Part shown: positions 1 through 11,048 of the stretch, piece after piece
Position numbering within the stretch: the stretch's first letter is position 1
Layout of the letters: the number at the start of each line of letters is the position of its first letter
Assembly: GCA_002299915.1 (NCBI GenBank)
Contig: DBOG01000014.1
Span: forward strand, 6,268 to 70,267
Length of the DNA: 64,000 bases
Direction: 5' to 3'
Source of the DNA: Proteobacteria bacterium UBA652
Lineage (GTDB): Bacteria; Pseudomonadota; Gammaproteobacteria; Nitrosococcales; Methylophagaceae
Position numbers and translations under genes: made by a program
The notes under the pieces: model-generated
What the model was told of the DNA's origin: nothing
The model's database searches: none
Seen by the model: only the letters and a program-made list of their open reading frames with translations

Positions 1-135
1 GAAAATAAGCTGTTAAAAGCCAAACAAGCGCGTTGGCTAGAAGAGCGCGATACGCTAATCGCCCAGCGACAGCAGGCGCGACAAGGAATTGATTCAATGA
101 TAGAACGCCTTAAAGCGGTGGATGATGTGTTATGA
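1..135 (+). CDS. coiled-coil protein, 3' end only (ZapB-like / small coiled-coil partner usually found upstream of zapA)
   Basis: Frame 1 is open from the window edge and ends at TGA 133-135, overlapping the zapA ATG (ATGA). The peptide ENKLLKAKQARWLEERDTLIAQRQQARQGIDSMIERLKAVDDVL is heptad-like. Position is directly upstream of zapA. Confidence 0.4.
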   Translation, partial: ENKLLKAKQARWLEERDTLIAQRQQARQGIDSMIERLKAVDDVL

Positions 136-437
136 GTTCTCCTGTAACCGTACGTATTTTAGGTAAAGAATATCAAGTTGCTTGCCCAGAAGAGGAGCGG
201 GCATCATTGGAAGCATCCGCCTCATTACTAGATGGAAAAATGCGGGAAATCCGAGATGCAGGCAAGATTGTGGGCTTAGATCGCATAGCAGTACTTGCGG
301 CGCTCAACCTTGCTAATGATGTGATTAAATTCAATGGCGCAGAAACAAAAGATAAACAAGATATTGGGCGCCAACTTGAAACCTTGACCGAACGGGTCGC
401 TGTGTTCTTAGAAGAAGAGCGTCAGATCGAAATATAG
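132..437 (+). CDS. zapA: cell division protein ZapA
   Basis: 101-aa ORF. N-terminus VTVRILGKEYQVACPEEERASLEASASLLDGKMREIR and LDRIAVLAALNLANDV are typical of ZapA. A 6S RNA-like sequence follows, as in the enterobacterial zapA-ssrS arrangement. Confidence 0.85.
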   Translation: MSSPVTVRILGKEYQVACPEEERASLEASASLLDGKMREIRDAGKIVGLDRIAVLAALNLANDVIKFNGAETKDKQDIGRQLETLTERVAVFLEEERQIEI

Positions 438-494
438 CGTTACCACGTAAAAGAATAATATTCCCCCTTTCTCAAAATAAGAGCGTATGATTGT

Positions 495-685
495 AGTTAG
501 TCCCTGCGGTGTGCGTCAGTGGCATTCGTTTCTTGACCCGATAAGCATTTATGCACAGGAACTGATTGGACGTGGGCGAGCAAGCCTATCTTGAATAGGA
601 AGCCCAAAGCGACTAAGAAGTACCGACTTGAACCAAAAGATGGTTCAAGAACACCGTTCACAACGGCACTGTGGGGCATTTATTT
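495..685 (+). ncRNA. ssrS: 6S RNA (SsrS), boundaries approximate
   Basis: Non-coding stretch right after zapA. The 5' CCCUGCGGUG (502-511) pairs with the 3' CACUGUGGGG (667-676). The internal CUUGAACCAAAAGAUGGUUCAAG hairpin resembles the E. coli 6S 3' arm (CCUUGAACCAAGGGUUCAAGG). A T-run follows. Confidence 0.65.
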
Positions 686-734
686 TTTATGATGGGACGC
701 TCTCCCTCGGATATTTTTAAAAAGGAATAATTTA

Positions 735-1550
735 ATGAAACAAGTAATTCTATTTGTACTCTCCCTGTGTGTAGCATTTTCGACCCCTGCATTCGCAGAT
801 GGCCATATGGGTGGCCATGTTAGTGATGAAGTGAAAGAAATGATCGTAGAGGCTGAGAAGGGCGATGCTGAAGCACAATATGACCTTGCCTTAGCCTATG
901 ATTTTGGCGATGGTATCGCAGAAGATAAAACAGAAGCTGTCAAGTGGTATATCAAAGCGGCGGAACAAGGGTATGTGGATGCCCAATATAATTTAGCCGT
1001 CAGTTATGATGATGGTGAAGGGGTTGAAGTCGATCATGCTGAAGCGGTCAAATGGTATCGCAAGGCTGCCGAGCAAGGCGATATGAAAGCGCAATATAAC
1101 TTAGCGGTAAGCTATGATGAGGGTGAAGGCATAAAGCAAGATCATGCTAAAGCGGTTGATTGGTATTTAAAAGCGGCTGAGCAAGGCCATGATTCTGCCC
1201 AATATAACTTAGGTAGAAGTTATGATACGGGTGAAGGCGTAGACATTGATCACGCGGAAGCGGTGGATTGGTATCGCAAAGCAGCTGAGCAAGGCCATAC
1301 CTCAGCGGCGTATAATATTGGTGTCAGCTATGATGAAGGTGAAGGTGTCCGCCAAGACCATGAAAAAGCAGTGGAATGGTATCTTGCAGCGGCAAGAGAA
1401 GGGCATCCAGAGGCGCAATATAATTTAGCAGTCAGCTATGAAATCGGTGAAGGTGTGCGGAAAAATAAGGAAGAAGCCATCAAATGGTATCGTCGTGCAG
1501 CTGAGCAGGGCGATGAAGATGCAGTGGATAAACTGAGAACATTAGAATAA
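735..1550 (+). CDS. secreted Sel1-like (SLR/TPR-family) repeat protein, six 36-aa repeats
   Basis: Signal peptide MKQVILFVLSLCVAFSTPAFA. Six units of the form AQYNLAVSYD-GEGV--D---AVKWY-KAAEQG. SD-like AAAGGAA lies upstream of the ATG. Confidence 0.85.
   Translation: MKQVILFVLSLCVAFSTPAFADGHMGGHVSDEVKEMIVEAEKGDAEAQYDLALAYDFGDGIAEDKTEAVKWYIKAAEQGYVDAQYNLAVSYDDGEGVEVDHAEAVKWYRKAAEQGDMKAQYNLAVSYDEGEGIKQDHAKAVDWYLKAAEQGHDSAQYNLGRSYDTGEGVDIDHAEAVDWYRKAAEQGHTSAAYNIGVSYDEGEGVRQDHEKAVEWYLAAAREGHPEAQYNLAVSYEIGEGVRKNKEEAIKWYRRAAEQGDEDAVDKLRTLE
870..1518 (+). repeat. six in-frame tandem 108-nt Sel1 coding repeats
   Basis: Recurrent gcncaatataanttagcngtnagntatgatgannggtgaaggn ... gtnnantggtat ... gcngancaaggn units with a 108-nt period, seen directly in the sequence. 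Confidence 0.7.
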
Positions 1551-1575
1551 TATGACATTTAATAGGGATATAAAA

Positions 1576-2175
1576 ATGAAAAATAGACTTACTTTTTTAC
1601 TATTAGGCTGCATCTTATTATCAGCGCCTTCATTTGCAGAAGACGATCTAAGCGATCAATTACAAGCGATGATGATGTTGGCAAAACAAGATTATGCCCC
1701 CGCACAATATGAATTGGCGAGAGCATATGATTTTGCTGAAGGGGTAGATTTAGATCATGAAGAAGCCGTGAAATGGTATCTTAAAGCTGCCAATCAAGGT
1801 CATGCAGAGGCACAATACAACTTAGCCGTCAGTTATGATGAAGGCGAAGGCGTGTCAGTTGATCATGCAGAAGCCGTGGATTGGTATCGTAAATCAGCCG
1901 ACCAAGGTGATGCAGAAGCACAATATAACTTAGCTGTGAGCTATGATGATGGTGAAGGCGTTAAGGAAAATGACACGGAAGCCTTCAAATGGTACAAGCT
2001 ATCAGCCGAACAAGGTGATTCTGATGCGGAATATGAGATGGGCATCAGTTATCGTGATGGTGAAGGCGTAAAGCAGGATAAAGATGAAGCCATTAAATGG
2101 TTTTTCAGAGCGGCTGCCCAAGGAGACTATGAGGCGGTAGATGAGTTAAAGTCTCTGGATGCTTGGAATTTCTAA
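1576..2175 (+). CDS. secreted Sel1-like repeat protein, four repeats (paralog of the upstream gene)
   Basis: Signal peptide MKNRLTFLLLGCILLSAPSFA. Four 36-aa Sel1 units nearly identical in consensus to the upstream gene. ATG 1576 is preferred over ATG 1552 because of the AGGGA SD and because the signal peptide then sits at the N-terminus. Confidence 0.8.
   Translation: MKNRLTFLLLGCILLSAPSFAEDDLSDQLQAMMMLAKQDYAPAQYELARAYDFAEGVDLDHEEAVKWYLKAANQGHAEAQYNLAVSYDEGEGVSVDHAEAVDWYRKSADQGDAEAQYNLAVSYDDGEGVKENDTEAFKWYKLSAEQGDSDAEYEMGISYRDGEGVKQDKDEAIKWFFRAAAQGDYEAVDELKSLDAWNF
1696..2127 (+). repeat. four in-frame tandem 108-nt Sel1 coding repeats
   Basis: Same 108-nt unit as in 870-1518. Confidence 0.65.
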
Positions 2176-2186
2176 ATGATAAATAG

Positions 2187-2220
2187 ATCAGGCTTGCTTA
2201 GCAGCAGGCCTGATTTGTTG
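2187..2220 (+). terminator. putative intrinsic terminator after the Sel1 gene pair
   Basis: ATCAGGCTTGCT/AGCAGGCCTGAT stem of about 12 bp (one G-U pair) with a 4-nt loop, followed by TTTGTTGG. Confidence 0.55.
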
Positions 2221-2430
2221 GATCGCAGTTTGGGTTTTTATCGTACATCCTTAAACTAGAGTAATTCCCTTGTGATTTTTATAAATCGGGGATAGAATAG
2301 ATAGGTAATCCGCCCTAACAAATAACTCTTCTTCAAAGCAAAACACACTAGACATCTTTTTCTTCCTGGTTTGAGATTGTTACAATCTATTAAGTGCCAC
2401 TTTTAAATCTCCTCTATTTCGGTTCGCTTT

Positions 2431-2694
2431 TTAAGTCACGATAAAATTTTCATGGGTGCCTTGCTTGATTAGCGTTAAAATAATCTCGGCTTCGAGATAT
2501 TCATAAGCAAGCAAATATAATTGTGCATTGTGTTTGTACTTAAATACTTGAATACCTGCCAAGTCCCCGACTTTTGTATCACCAACGTCGGGATTTTCAA
2601 TGATTTTTTTTACAGCGGCATCGAGCCCTACCTTTTCCGCTTTGTGCATTTTTTTAACAGCCCGTTTAAAGCTACCTGACTGCTTAACTATCAC
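2431..2694 (-). CDS. type II toxin, RelE/ParE superfamily-like
   Basis: 87-aa basic ORF. Its start overlaps the upstream small ORF's stop by 4 nt. The pattern K-FKR-VKK ... GD-K-GDLAG--V-KYK ... Y-L-Y is typical of plasmid-stabilisation/RelE-ParE toxins. Confidence 0.65.
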   Translation of the reverse strand: MIVKQSGSFKRAVKKMHKAEKVGLDAAVKKIIENPDVGDTKVGDLAGIQVFKYKHNAQLYLLAYEYLEAEIILTLIKQGTHENFIVT

Positions 2695-2909
2695 CCGAAT
2701 TTATAATCGGAAACATCACCCGCCTTTACTTCTTCTATACCAACTAAGATACCTTTTATAAAGCCTAGGGGTAGATCGGGGTTTTCATCTGCGATTTTTC
2801 CAATTCTAGCCCAATATTCAATTTGTTTGGGTGTGCTTCTGTGTTGTGCTTTTCCATTGATTGAAGCATCACTAACAAGCTCGCTAGAGAGTTTAACTGC
2901 TGTAGACAT
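2691..2909 (-). CDS. ParD-like antitoxin
   Basis: 72-aa ORF immediately upstream of and overlapping the toxin. SSELVSDASINGKAQHRSTPKQIEYWARIGK resembles ParD-like antitoxins. AAGAGGA SD. Confidence 0.6.
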   Translation of the reverse strand: MSTAVKLSSELVSDASINGKAQHRSTPKQIEYWARIGKIADENPDLPLGFIKGILVGIEEVKAGDVSDYKFG

Positions 2910-3059
2910 TATAAAATCCTCTTGTTATAGGTTATAACGCCATTGTACACTAAAGGTTTTAATTTGCAACCTTTAGGGGTTTAATTGCCACTCTTTCATT
3001 GCTAAATTGTTTTAATTCGGGTCAGCCAGCTTGATTTTAAAAGTTAGCTAGCGAGAGTA

Positions 3060-4881
<1,822 letters not shown>

Positions 4882-5004
4882 TCAGATACCAAGCTGTTTG
4901 GTGAGATACAATCAAGTTTCAAGCGATAATAATAGCATAAATAAGCGGCGTAATAATATGGACTAAATAGGCTGGTTTACGATAGAATTAGCGGGATTTC
5001 ATCT

Positions 5005-5028
5005 GGGGATAGGCGATCGCCTATCCCC
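5005..5028. promoter_or_regulatory. perfect 24-bp palindrome in the hemB/carA divergent intergenic region (operator or leader hairpin)
   Basis: GGGGATAGGCGATCGCCTATCCCC is its own reverse complement. It lies 47 nt upstream of the carA start and is followed by T-rich sequence. Confidence 0.4.
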
Positions 5029-5074
5029 AATTTGTATCTATATTTTAGATTTTTATCTGTTTTGGAGGTTTCTG

Positions 5075-6202
5075 TTGCGTACTAGTGCATTACTCGCGCT
5101 TGAAGATGGCACGGTGTATCACGGCGAATCGGTTGGTGCCACTGGGCAATCGGTGGGTGAGGTGGTGTTTAATACATCGATGACAGGCTATCAAGAAATC
5201 CTAACGGATCCTTCGTATAGTAATCAAATTGTGACCCTGACTTATCCGCATATCGGTAATGTGGGCGTGAATAAAGAAGATGAAGAGTCGACGAAGATCC
5301 ATGCAAGCGGTTTAATTATTCGCGAATATTCACCAGTGGTGAGTAATTGGCGCAGTGAAGGCGCATTGGATGCCTATCTTGAGCAACACAATATTATCGG
5401 TTTAGCGGGTATTGATACCCGCAGTTTGACCCGTAGATTGCGTGAGAAAGGCGCATTGAGAGGCTGTATCGTTGCGGGTGATAATATTGATGTGGATGCG
5501 GCGATTGCAGCTGCACAAGGCTTTGCAGGCCTAAAAGGCATGGATTTAGCGAAAGTTGTGACAACAGAAAAAGCGCATGATTGGACAGAGGGCTGTTGGC
5601 ATTTATCAGGTGAGTCTCAGGCTATTGCACCTAAATTCCATGTGGTGGCCTATGATTTTGGTGCAAAAAATAATATTTTACGGATGTTAGTAGAGCGTGG
5701 CTGTCGCTTAACGGTGGTGCCTGCGCAAACATCGGCGGCAGATGTATTGGCGCTTAATCCAGATGGTGTGTTTTTATCGAATGGACCCGGCGATCCGGAG
5801 CCGTGTAGCTATGCGATTGCGGCAATTCAAACGCTATTAGAAAAAAGCGTGCCCATGTTTGGTATTTGTTTGGGTCATCAATTACTGGCCTTGGCGTGTG
5901 GTGCACACACATCAAAAATGAAATTTGGCCATCATGGTGCGAATCATCCGGTACAAGATTTAGCCACGAAACGGGTGATGATCACCAGTCAAAATCATGG
6001 TTTTGCCGTGGATGAGGAGAGCTTGCCTGCGACATTACGTGCAACGCATCGGTCATTGTTCGATGGTACTTTGCAAGGGATCCACCACACTAGCAAGCCT
6101 GCTTTTAGCTTTCAAGGGCACCCAGAAGCCAGTCCGGGTCCGCAAGATGCGGCACCTTTATTTGATTATTTTATAGAACTCCTTGAACAAGCAGGCAATT
6201 AA
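5075..6202 (+). CDS. carA: carbamoyl-phosphate synthase small (glutaminase) subunit
   Basis: 375 aa. [41 protein letters not shown] and HHGANHPV motifs. TTG start preceded by GGAGG. Confidence 0.95.
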   Translation: MRTSALLALEDGTVYHGESVGATGQSVGEVVFNTSMTGYQEILTDPSYSNQIVTLTYPHIGNVGVNKEDEESTKIHASGLIIREYSPVVSNWRSEGALDAYLEQHNIIGLAGIDTRSLTRRLREKGALRGCIVAGDNIDVDAAIAAAQGFAGLKGMDLAKVVTTEKAHDWTEGCWHLSGESQAIAPKFHVVAYDFGAKNNILRMLVERGCRLTVVPAQTSAADVLALNPDGVFLSNGPGDPEPCSYAIAAIQTLLEKSVPMFGICLGHQLLALACGAHTSKMKFGHHGANHPVQDLATKRVMITSQNHGFAVDEESLPATLRATHRSLFDGTLQGIHHTSKPAFSFQGHPEASPGPQDAAPLFDYFIELLEQAGN

Positions 6203-6207
6203 GACTC

Positions 6208-9200
6208 ATGGCAAAACGTACTGACATAAACAGCATTTTGATTTTAGGCGCGGGCCCAATTGTGATTGGGCAAGCTTGCGAATTCGATTATTCTGGCGCA
6301 CAAGCATGTAAAGCCCTGCGCGAGGAAGGTTTCCGCGTGATTTTGGTAAATTCAAATCCTGCGACGATTATGACCGATCCAAATATGGCGGATGCAACTT
6401 ATATCGAACCCGTTACCTGGGAAGCGGTGCGTGAAATTATTAAGGTTGAACGCCCTGATGCAGTCTTGCCGACGATGGGGGGGCAAACAGCCTTAAATTG
6501 TGCCTTAGATTTAGAGCGCGAAGGGGTGTTGGCAGAATTTGGTGTTGAAATGATTGGCGCCGATAGCGAGGCTATCAATAAAGCGGAAGATCGCGATTTA
6601 TTCCGCTCTGCGATGAGAAAAATTGGCCTAGATATGCCAAAATCAGCCATTGCCCATACGATGGATGAATCCTTAGGAGCGCAAAAACAATTTGGCTTTC
6701 CTGTGATTATTCGGCCTTCATTTACGATGGGCGGCAGTGGTGGCGGGATTGCTTACAATATGGTGGATTTTGTTGATATTTGTCAGCGGGGCTTGTATCT
6801 CAGCCCGACCTCGGAATTATTGATTGAAGAATCCATCATTGGTTGGAAAGAATATGAAATGGAGGTGGTGCGGGATCGTAATGATAATTGCATTATTATC
6901 TGTTCAATTGAAAATTTTGACCCCATGGGCGTGCATACGGGTGATTCGATTACGGTTGCACCCGCCCAAACACTGACCGATAAAGAATATCAAATCATGC
7001 GGAATGCCTCATTGGCGGTGTTGCGTGAGATTGGCGTGGAGACAGGTGGTTCAAATGTACAATTTGCCGTGCAACCTGATACCGGTCGGTTGATCATTAT
7101 TGAAATGAATCCACGGGTCTCACGTTCATCCGCATTAGCATCGAAAGCAACAGGCTTCCCGATTGCCAAAGTGGCGGCTAAATTGGCAGTGGGCTATACG
7201 CTGGATGAGTTGCAAAATGAAATCACGGGCGGCACGACACCGGCTTCATTTGAGCCAAGCATTGATTATGTGGTGACCAAAATTCCACGGTTTACCTTTG
7301 AGAAATTCCCGCAAGCCGAAGATCGCTTAAGTACCCAAATGAAATCTGTGGGTGAAGTGATGGCGATTGGCCGGAATTTCCAAGAATCATTACAAAAAGC
7401 CTTGCGTGGTTTAGAGACTGATCGTGATGGGCTGACTGAAATTTTGCAGTTAACCGAACCCGATGCGGCTGAAACTTTGCGCCGTGAATTACGGATGCCA
7501 GGATCAGATCGGCTGTGGTATGTTGCCGATGCCTTCCGTTATGGATTTGAGTTTGAGGAAGTGCAACGATTAACGCATATTGATCCGTGGTTTTTGATTC
7601 AAGTGCAAGATATTGTGACTATCGAACAAGAATTGAAAGGTTATTCATTGGCTGATTTAGATGAAAATGAATTGCGGAGTTTAAAACGCAAAGGGTTTTC
7701 AGATTCACGGTTAGCTAAACTACTGCAAAAAACAGAAAAACAAATTCGTGAAAAACGTCATGAATTGAATGTACGCCCTGTGTATAAGCGGGTGGACACC
7801 TGTGCGGCTGAGTTTGTGAGTGACACGGCTTATATGTATTCAACTTATGATCAAGAGTGTGAGGCAAATCCAACAGATCGCGATAAAATCATGATCTTAG
7901 GCGGTGGCCCAAACCGAATTGGACAAGGGATTGAGTTTGATTATTGTTGTGTGCATGCGGCATTAGCCTTACGTGATGATGGTTTTGAAACCATTATGGT
8001 GAATTGTAACCCTGAAACAGTATCAACTGATTACGATACATCGGATCGTTTGTACTTTGAGTCTTTGACCTTAGAAGATGTGTTGGAAATTGTAGCGATT
8101 GAACAGCCGAAAGGCGTTATCGTGCAATATGGTGGCCAAACACCATTGAAATTAGCCCGTGCTTTAGAAGCCGCAGGGGTACCGATTATTGGCACTTCGC
8201 CTGATGCGATTGATCATGCAGAAGATAGAGAACGTTTCCAGCAAATGGTTGAGAAATTGAATTTATTACAGCCCCCTAATCGACTTGCTTTTTCAGCAGA
8301 TTCAGCAGCAGCACAAGCCGCAGAAATTGGTTATCCGCTGGTGGTGCGTCCTTCTTATGTGCTCGGTGGCCGCGGCATGGAGATTGTGTATAACGAAGAA
8401 GAATTGAACCGTTATATGAAAACTGCGATTTCAGTATCAAATGATTCGCCCGTATTGTTAGATCGCTTTTTAGATGATGCGATTGAGGTGGATGTGGATG
8501 TAATTTGTGACGGTAAAGATGTGTTGATTGGCGGCATTATGGAACATATTGAACAAGCTGGTGTGCATTCAGGTGATTCAGCGTGCGCGCTGCCTTCTTA
8601 TAGCTTAAGCGAAGAAATTCAAGATCGGATGCGTGAGCAAGTGCGTCAAATGGCCTTGGAGTTAGGTGTGAAGGGCTTGATGAATACCCAGTTCGCGATC
8701 CAAGGCGATAAAATTTATTTATTAGAGGTGAATCCACGTGCTTCGCGTACCGTGCCGTATGTATCAAAAGCGACAGGTGTGCCTTTGGCGATGGTGGCAG
8801 TACGTTGTATGGCTGGGCGTAGCTTAGTGGAACAAGGTGTAACAGAGGAAGTGATTCCTGACTATTATTCTGTGAAAGAAGCGGTATTCCCGTTTATAAA
8901 ATTCCAAGGGGTGGATCCTATTTTAGGCCCTGAGATGAAATCAACAGGCGAAGTAATGGGAGTAGGGCGAACTTTTGGCGAAGCTTTTGCAAAATCACAA
9001 TTAGCGGCCAGCGTGGTATTACCAACCAGTGGCACAGCGTTTATCAGTGTGCGTGAAGTGGATAAGGCGAGTGTGGTTGAGATTGCGAAGGAGTTAGTGG
9101 CGTTAGGATTTAATCTATTAGCAACTCGTGGCACGCAGCAAATATTAAATGATGCGGGCGTGGCGTGTGAGCATGTGAATAAGGTCGCCGAAGGTCAACC

Positions 9201-9432
9201 ACATATTGTTGATCTGATTAAAAATGACGAAATATCCTTGATTGTGAATACCACGGAAGGCCGCCAGTCGGTGGCCGATTCGCTGGAGATTCGTCGCGGT
9301 GCTTTGCAGCATCAAGTGAACTATACAACGACGCTGGCGGCAGCGCGGGCAACATGCCAAGCATTGCGTAGCGAGAATGTATCCTCTGTAAATCGATTGC
9401 AAGATTTACATCAAGAATTGGTAGGAAAATAA
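6208..9432 (+). CDS. carB: carbamoyl-phosphate synthase large subunit
   Basis: 1074 aa. Duplicated ATP-grasp halves and an MGS-like C-terminus. [19 protein letters not shown] and [20 protein letters not shown] motifs. Confidence 0.97.
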   Translation: MAKRTDINSILILGAGPIVIGQACEFDYSGAQACKALREEGFRVILVNSNPATIMTDPNMADATYIEPVTWEAVREIIKVERPDAVLPTMGGQTALNCALDLEREGVLAEFGVEMIGADSEAINKAEDRDLFRSAMRKIGLDMPKSAIAHTMDESLGAQKQFGFPVIIRPSFTMGGSGGGIAYNMVDFVDICQRGLYLSPTSELLIEESIIGWKEYEMEVVRDRNDNCIIICSIENFDPMGVHTGDSITVAPAQTLTDKEYQIMRNASLAVLREIGVETGGSNVQFAVQPDTGRLIIIEMNPRVSRSSALASKATGFPIAKVAAKLAVGYTLDELQNEITGGTTPASFEPSIDYVVTKIPRFTFEKFPQAEDRLSTQMKSVGEVMAIGRNFQESLQKALRGLETDRDGLTEILQLTEPDAAETLRRELRMPGSDRLWYVADAFRYGFEFEEVQRLTHIDPWFLIQVQDIVTIEQELKGYSLADLDENELRSLKRKGFSDSRLAKLLQKTEKQIREKRHELNVRPVYKRVDTCAAEFVSDTAYMYSTYDQECEANPTDRDKIMILGGGPNRIGQGIEFDYCCVHAALALRDDGFETIMVNCNPETVSTDYDTSDRLYFESLTLEDVLEIVAIEQPKGVIVQYGGQTPLKLARALEAAGVPIIGTSPDAIDHAEDRERFQQMVEKLNLLQPPNRLAFSADSAAAQAAEIGYPLVVRPSYVLGGRGMEIVYNEEELNRYMKTAISVSNDSPVLLDRFLDDAIEVDVDVICDGKDVLIGGIMEHIEQAGVHSGDSACALPSYSLSEEIQDRMREQVRQMALELGVKGLMNTQFAIQGDKIYLLEVNPRASRTVPYVSKATGVPLAMVAVRCMAGRSLVEQGVTEEVIPDYYSVKEAVFPFIKFQGVDPILGPEMKSTGEVMGVGRTFGEAFAKSQLAASVVLPTSGTAFISVREVDKASVVEIAKELVALGFNLLATRGTQQILNDAGVACEHVNKVAEGQPHIVDLIKNDEISLIVNTTEGRQSVADSLEIRRGALQHQVNYTTTLAAARATCQALRSENVSSVNRLQDLHQELVGK

Positions 9433-9434
9433 TT

Positions 9435-9917
9435 ATGGCAGATAAAGTCCCTTTAACTTCACGTGGCGCGGATGCAATACGGGTTGAGATCCATCAATTG
9501 AAAACAGAAGCGCGCCCTGAAGTGGTGGCGTCGATTGCAGAAGCACGGGCGCATGGCGATTTGAAAGAAAATGCGGAATATCATGCAGCAAAAGAGCAGC
9601 AAAGTTTTATTGAAGGACGGATCAAAGAACTCGATGGCATTATTTCAAATGCTCAAGTGATTGATGTGATGTCGTTAAACCAAAATGGTCGAGTGGTATT
9701 TGGTGTGACTGTTGACTTGGTGAATGTTGAAACAGATGATGAGGTCACTTATCAGTTAGTCGGCGATTATGAGGCGGATATTACCTTGGGTCGCGTGTCG
9801 ATTAGCTCACCGATTTCCCGTGCATTGATCGGCAAGGAAGTCGAAGATATTGCTGAGGTACAAGCACCGGGCGGTAAAATCGAGTATGAAGTGCTGGCCG
9901 TTAGATACGAAGCCTAA
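9435..9917 (+). CDS. greA: transcription elongation factor GreA
   Basis: 160 aa. AEARAHGDLKENAEYHAAKEQQ and ISSPISRALIGK motifs. Confidence 0.95.
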   Translation: MADKVPLTSRGADAIRVEIHQLKTEARPEVVASIAEARAHGDLKENAEYHAAKEQQSFIEGRIKELDGIISNAQVIDVMSLNQNGRVVFGVTVDLVNVETDDEVTYQLVGDYEADITLGRVSISSPISRALIGKEVEDIAEVQAPGGKIEYEVLAVRYEA

Positions 9918-9954
9918 TCCGCATTAAATATTGAAGTTTAGAGGGGTATATCTA

Positions 9955-10400
9955 ATGCCTGTTATTGGTGAACGGTTACTGCTGACTTTGTGGATTGGAA
10001 GCCTATGGACAGTGGGCTATTTAGTGGTGCCGATGGCATTCGTTTCTTTAGGTGACGTGACGCTGGCGGCGACCTTTGCGGGAAAATTGTTCCGGATTGT
10101 GATGTATCTTGGTGTGGCGTGTGGCAGCATTTTACTTATCACGCAGTTTATAACGCGAGGGCGGCATCTATTTCAGTCGTGGCGTGCTTGGCTGCTATTG
10201 ATAATGTTAATCTGGCTATTTTTATTTGGGTGACACAAGTGCACATCGTTGAGTTGAAACAGCTTGGATGGCAGGAAAATTCCGCCTTGTCAGACATGTT
10301 TTCCTTATGGCATAAAGTGAGCCAGGTGATTTATGGTGCGTTGAGTTTACTGGGTTTTATTTTAGTGATTACAATGGATAAGTCAGATGGCAAAAAGTAA
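9955..10400 (+). pseudogene. DUF4149-like membrane protein, reading frame broken (apparent 1-nt deletion near 10219-10230)
   Basis: Two overlapping ORFs (9931-10233 and 10119-10400) together give one about 148-aa multi-TM protein: ERLLLTLWIGSLWTVGYLVVP ... VELKQLG ... LWHKVSQVIYGALSLLGFILV. The junction lies in T5/T3/G3 runs. ATG 9955 has a GAGGGG SD. Confidence 0.5.
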
Positions 10401-11004
10401 ATCCAGCCAGAATTGGTTGCAAGAACACTTTAATGATCCTTATGTTAAAAAGGCGCAAAAATCAGGTGTGCGGTCTCGGGCGGTGTTTAAACTAGAAGAG
10501 CTAGATAAAAAAGATAAATTAATCAAACCAGGGATGGTAGTGGTTGATTTAGGAGCCGCACCTGGCGGTTGGTCAGATTATGCTTTGCGTCGGGTCGGGG
10601 ATAAAGGCGTGGTGATTGCATTAGATATATTGCCCATGACACCGCTAACAGCTGTACACTTTATAGAGGGTGATTTCCGCGAGGATGGCCCCCTATCTGA
10701 ACTGAATACGGTATTGGATGGTCGTAGTATAGACCTTGTATTATCGGATATGGCCCCCAACTTATCAGGAGTGGATGCTATTGATCAGCCGAGCAGTATG
10801 TATTTGGTTGAATTGGCATTAGATTTTGCCTTACAGAATTTGAAAAAAGACGGTGTGTTTTTAACCAAGGTATTTCAAGGTGAAGGCTTTGATGCTTTAT
10901 TAAAAGAGATGCGTTTGCAATTTAACAAGGTGGTTTCTCGTAAACCCGATGCATCACGCCAGCGAAGTCGAGAGATTTATCTGCTGGCCCGTGGCTTAAA
11001 ATGA
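10387..11004 (+). CDS. rlmE: 23S rRNA (U2552-2'-O)-methyltransferase RlmE/FtsJ
   Basis: 205 aa. SSQNWLQEHFNDPYVKKAQ, RSRAVFKLEELD, VVDLGAAPGGWS, SDMAPN and KVFQGEGF motifs. Confidence 0.92.
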   Translation: MAKSKSSQNWLQEHFNDPYVKKAQKSGVRSRAVFKLEELDKKDKLIKPGMVVVDLGAAPGGWSDYALRRVGDKGVVIALDILPMTPLTAVHFIEGDFREDGPLSELNTVLDGRSIDLVLSDMAPNLSGVDAIDQPSSMYLVELALDFALQNLKKDGVFLTKVFQGEGFDALLKEMRLQFNKVVSRKPDASRQRSREIYLLARGLK

Positions 11005-11048
11005 AAGAATATTAAAATAAACAGTGTAGTAACAGAGGGTAATATATT

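Noticed and set aside
497-679. 60-aa minus-strand ORF in the zapA-Sel1 intergenic region
   Set aside because: It lies entirely within the 6S RNA-like structured region, has no SD and encodes no recognisable protein. The RNA-gene interpretation explains the sequence better.
735-2175. Regular 108-nt repeats considered as a possible CRISPR-like or non-coding array
   Set aside because: The repeats are contiguous, without unique spacers. They are in frame and translate to canonical Sel1 units inside two ORFs with signal peptides.
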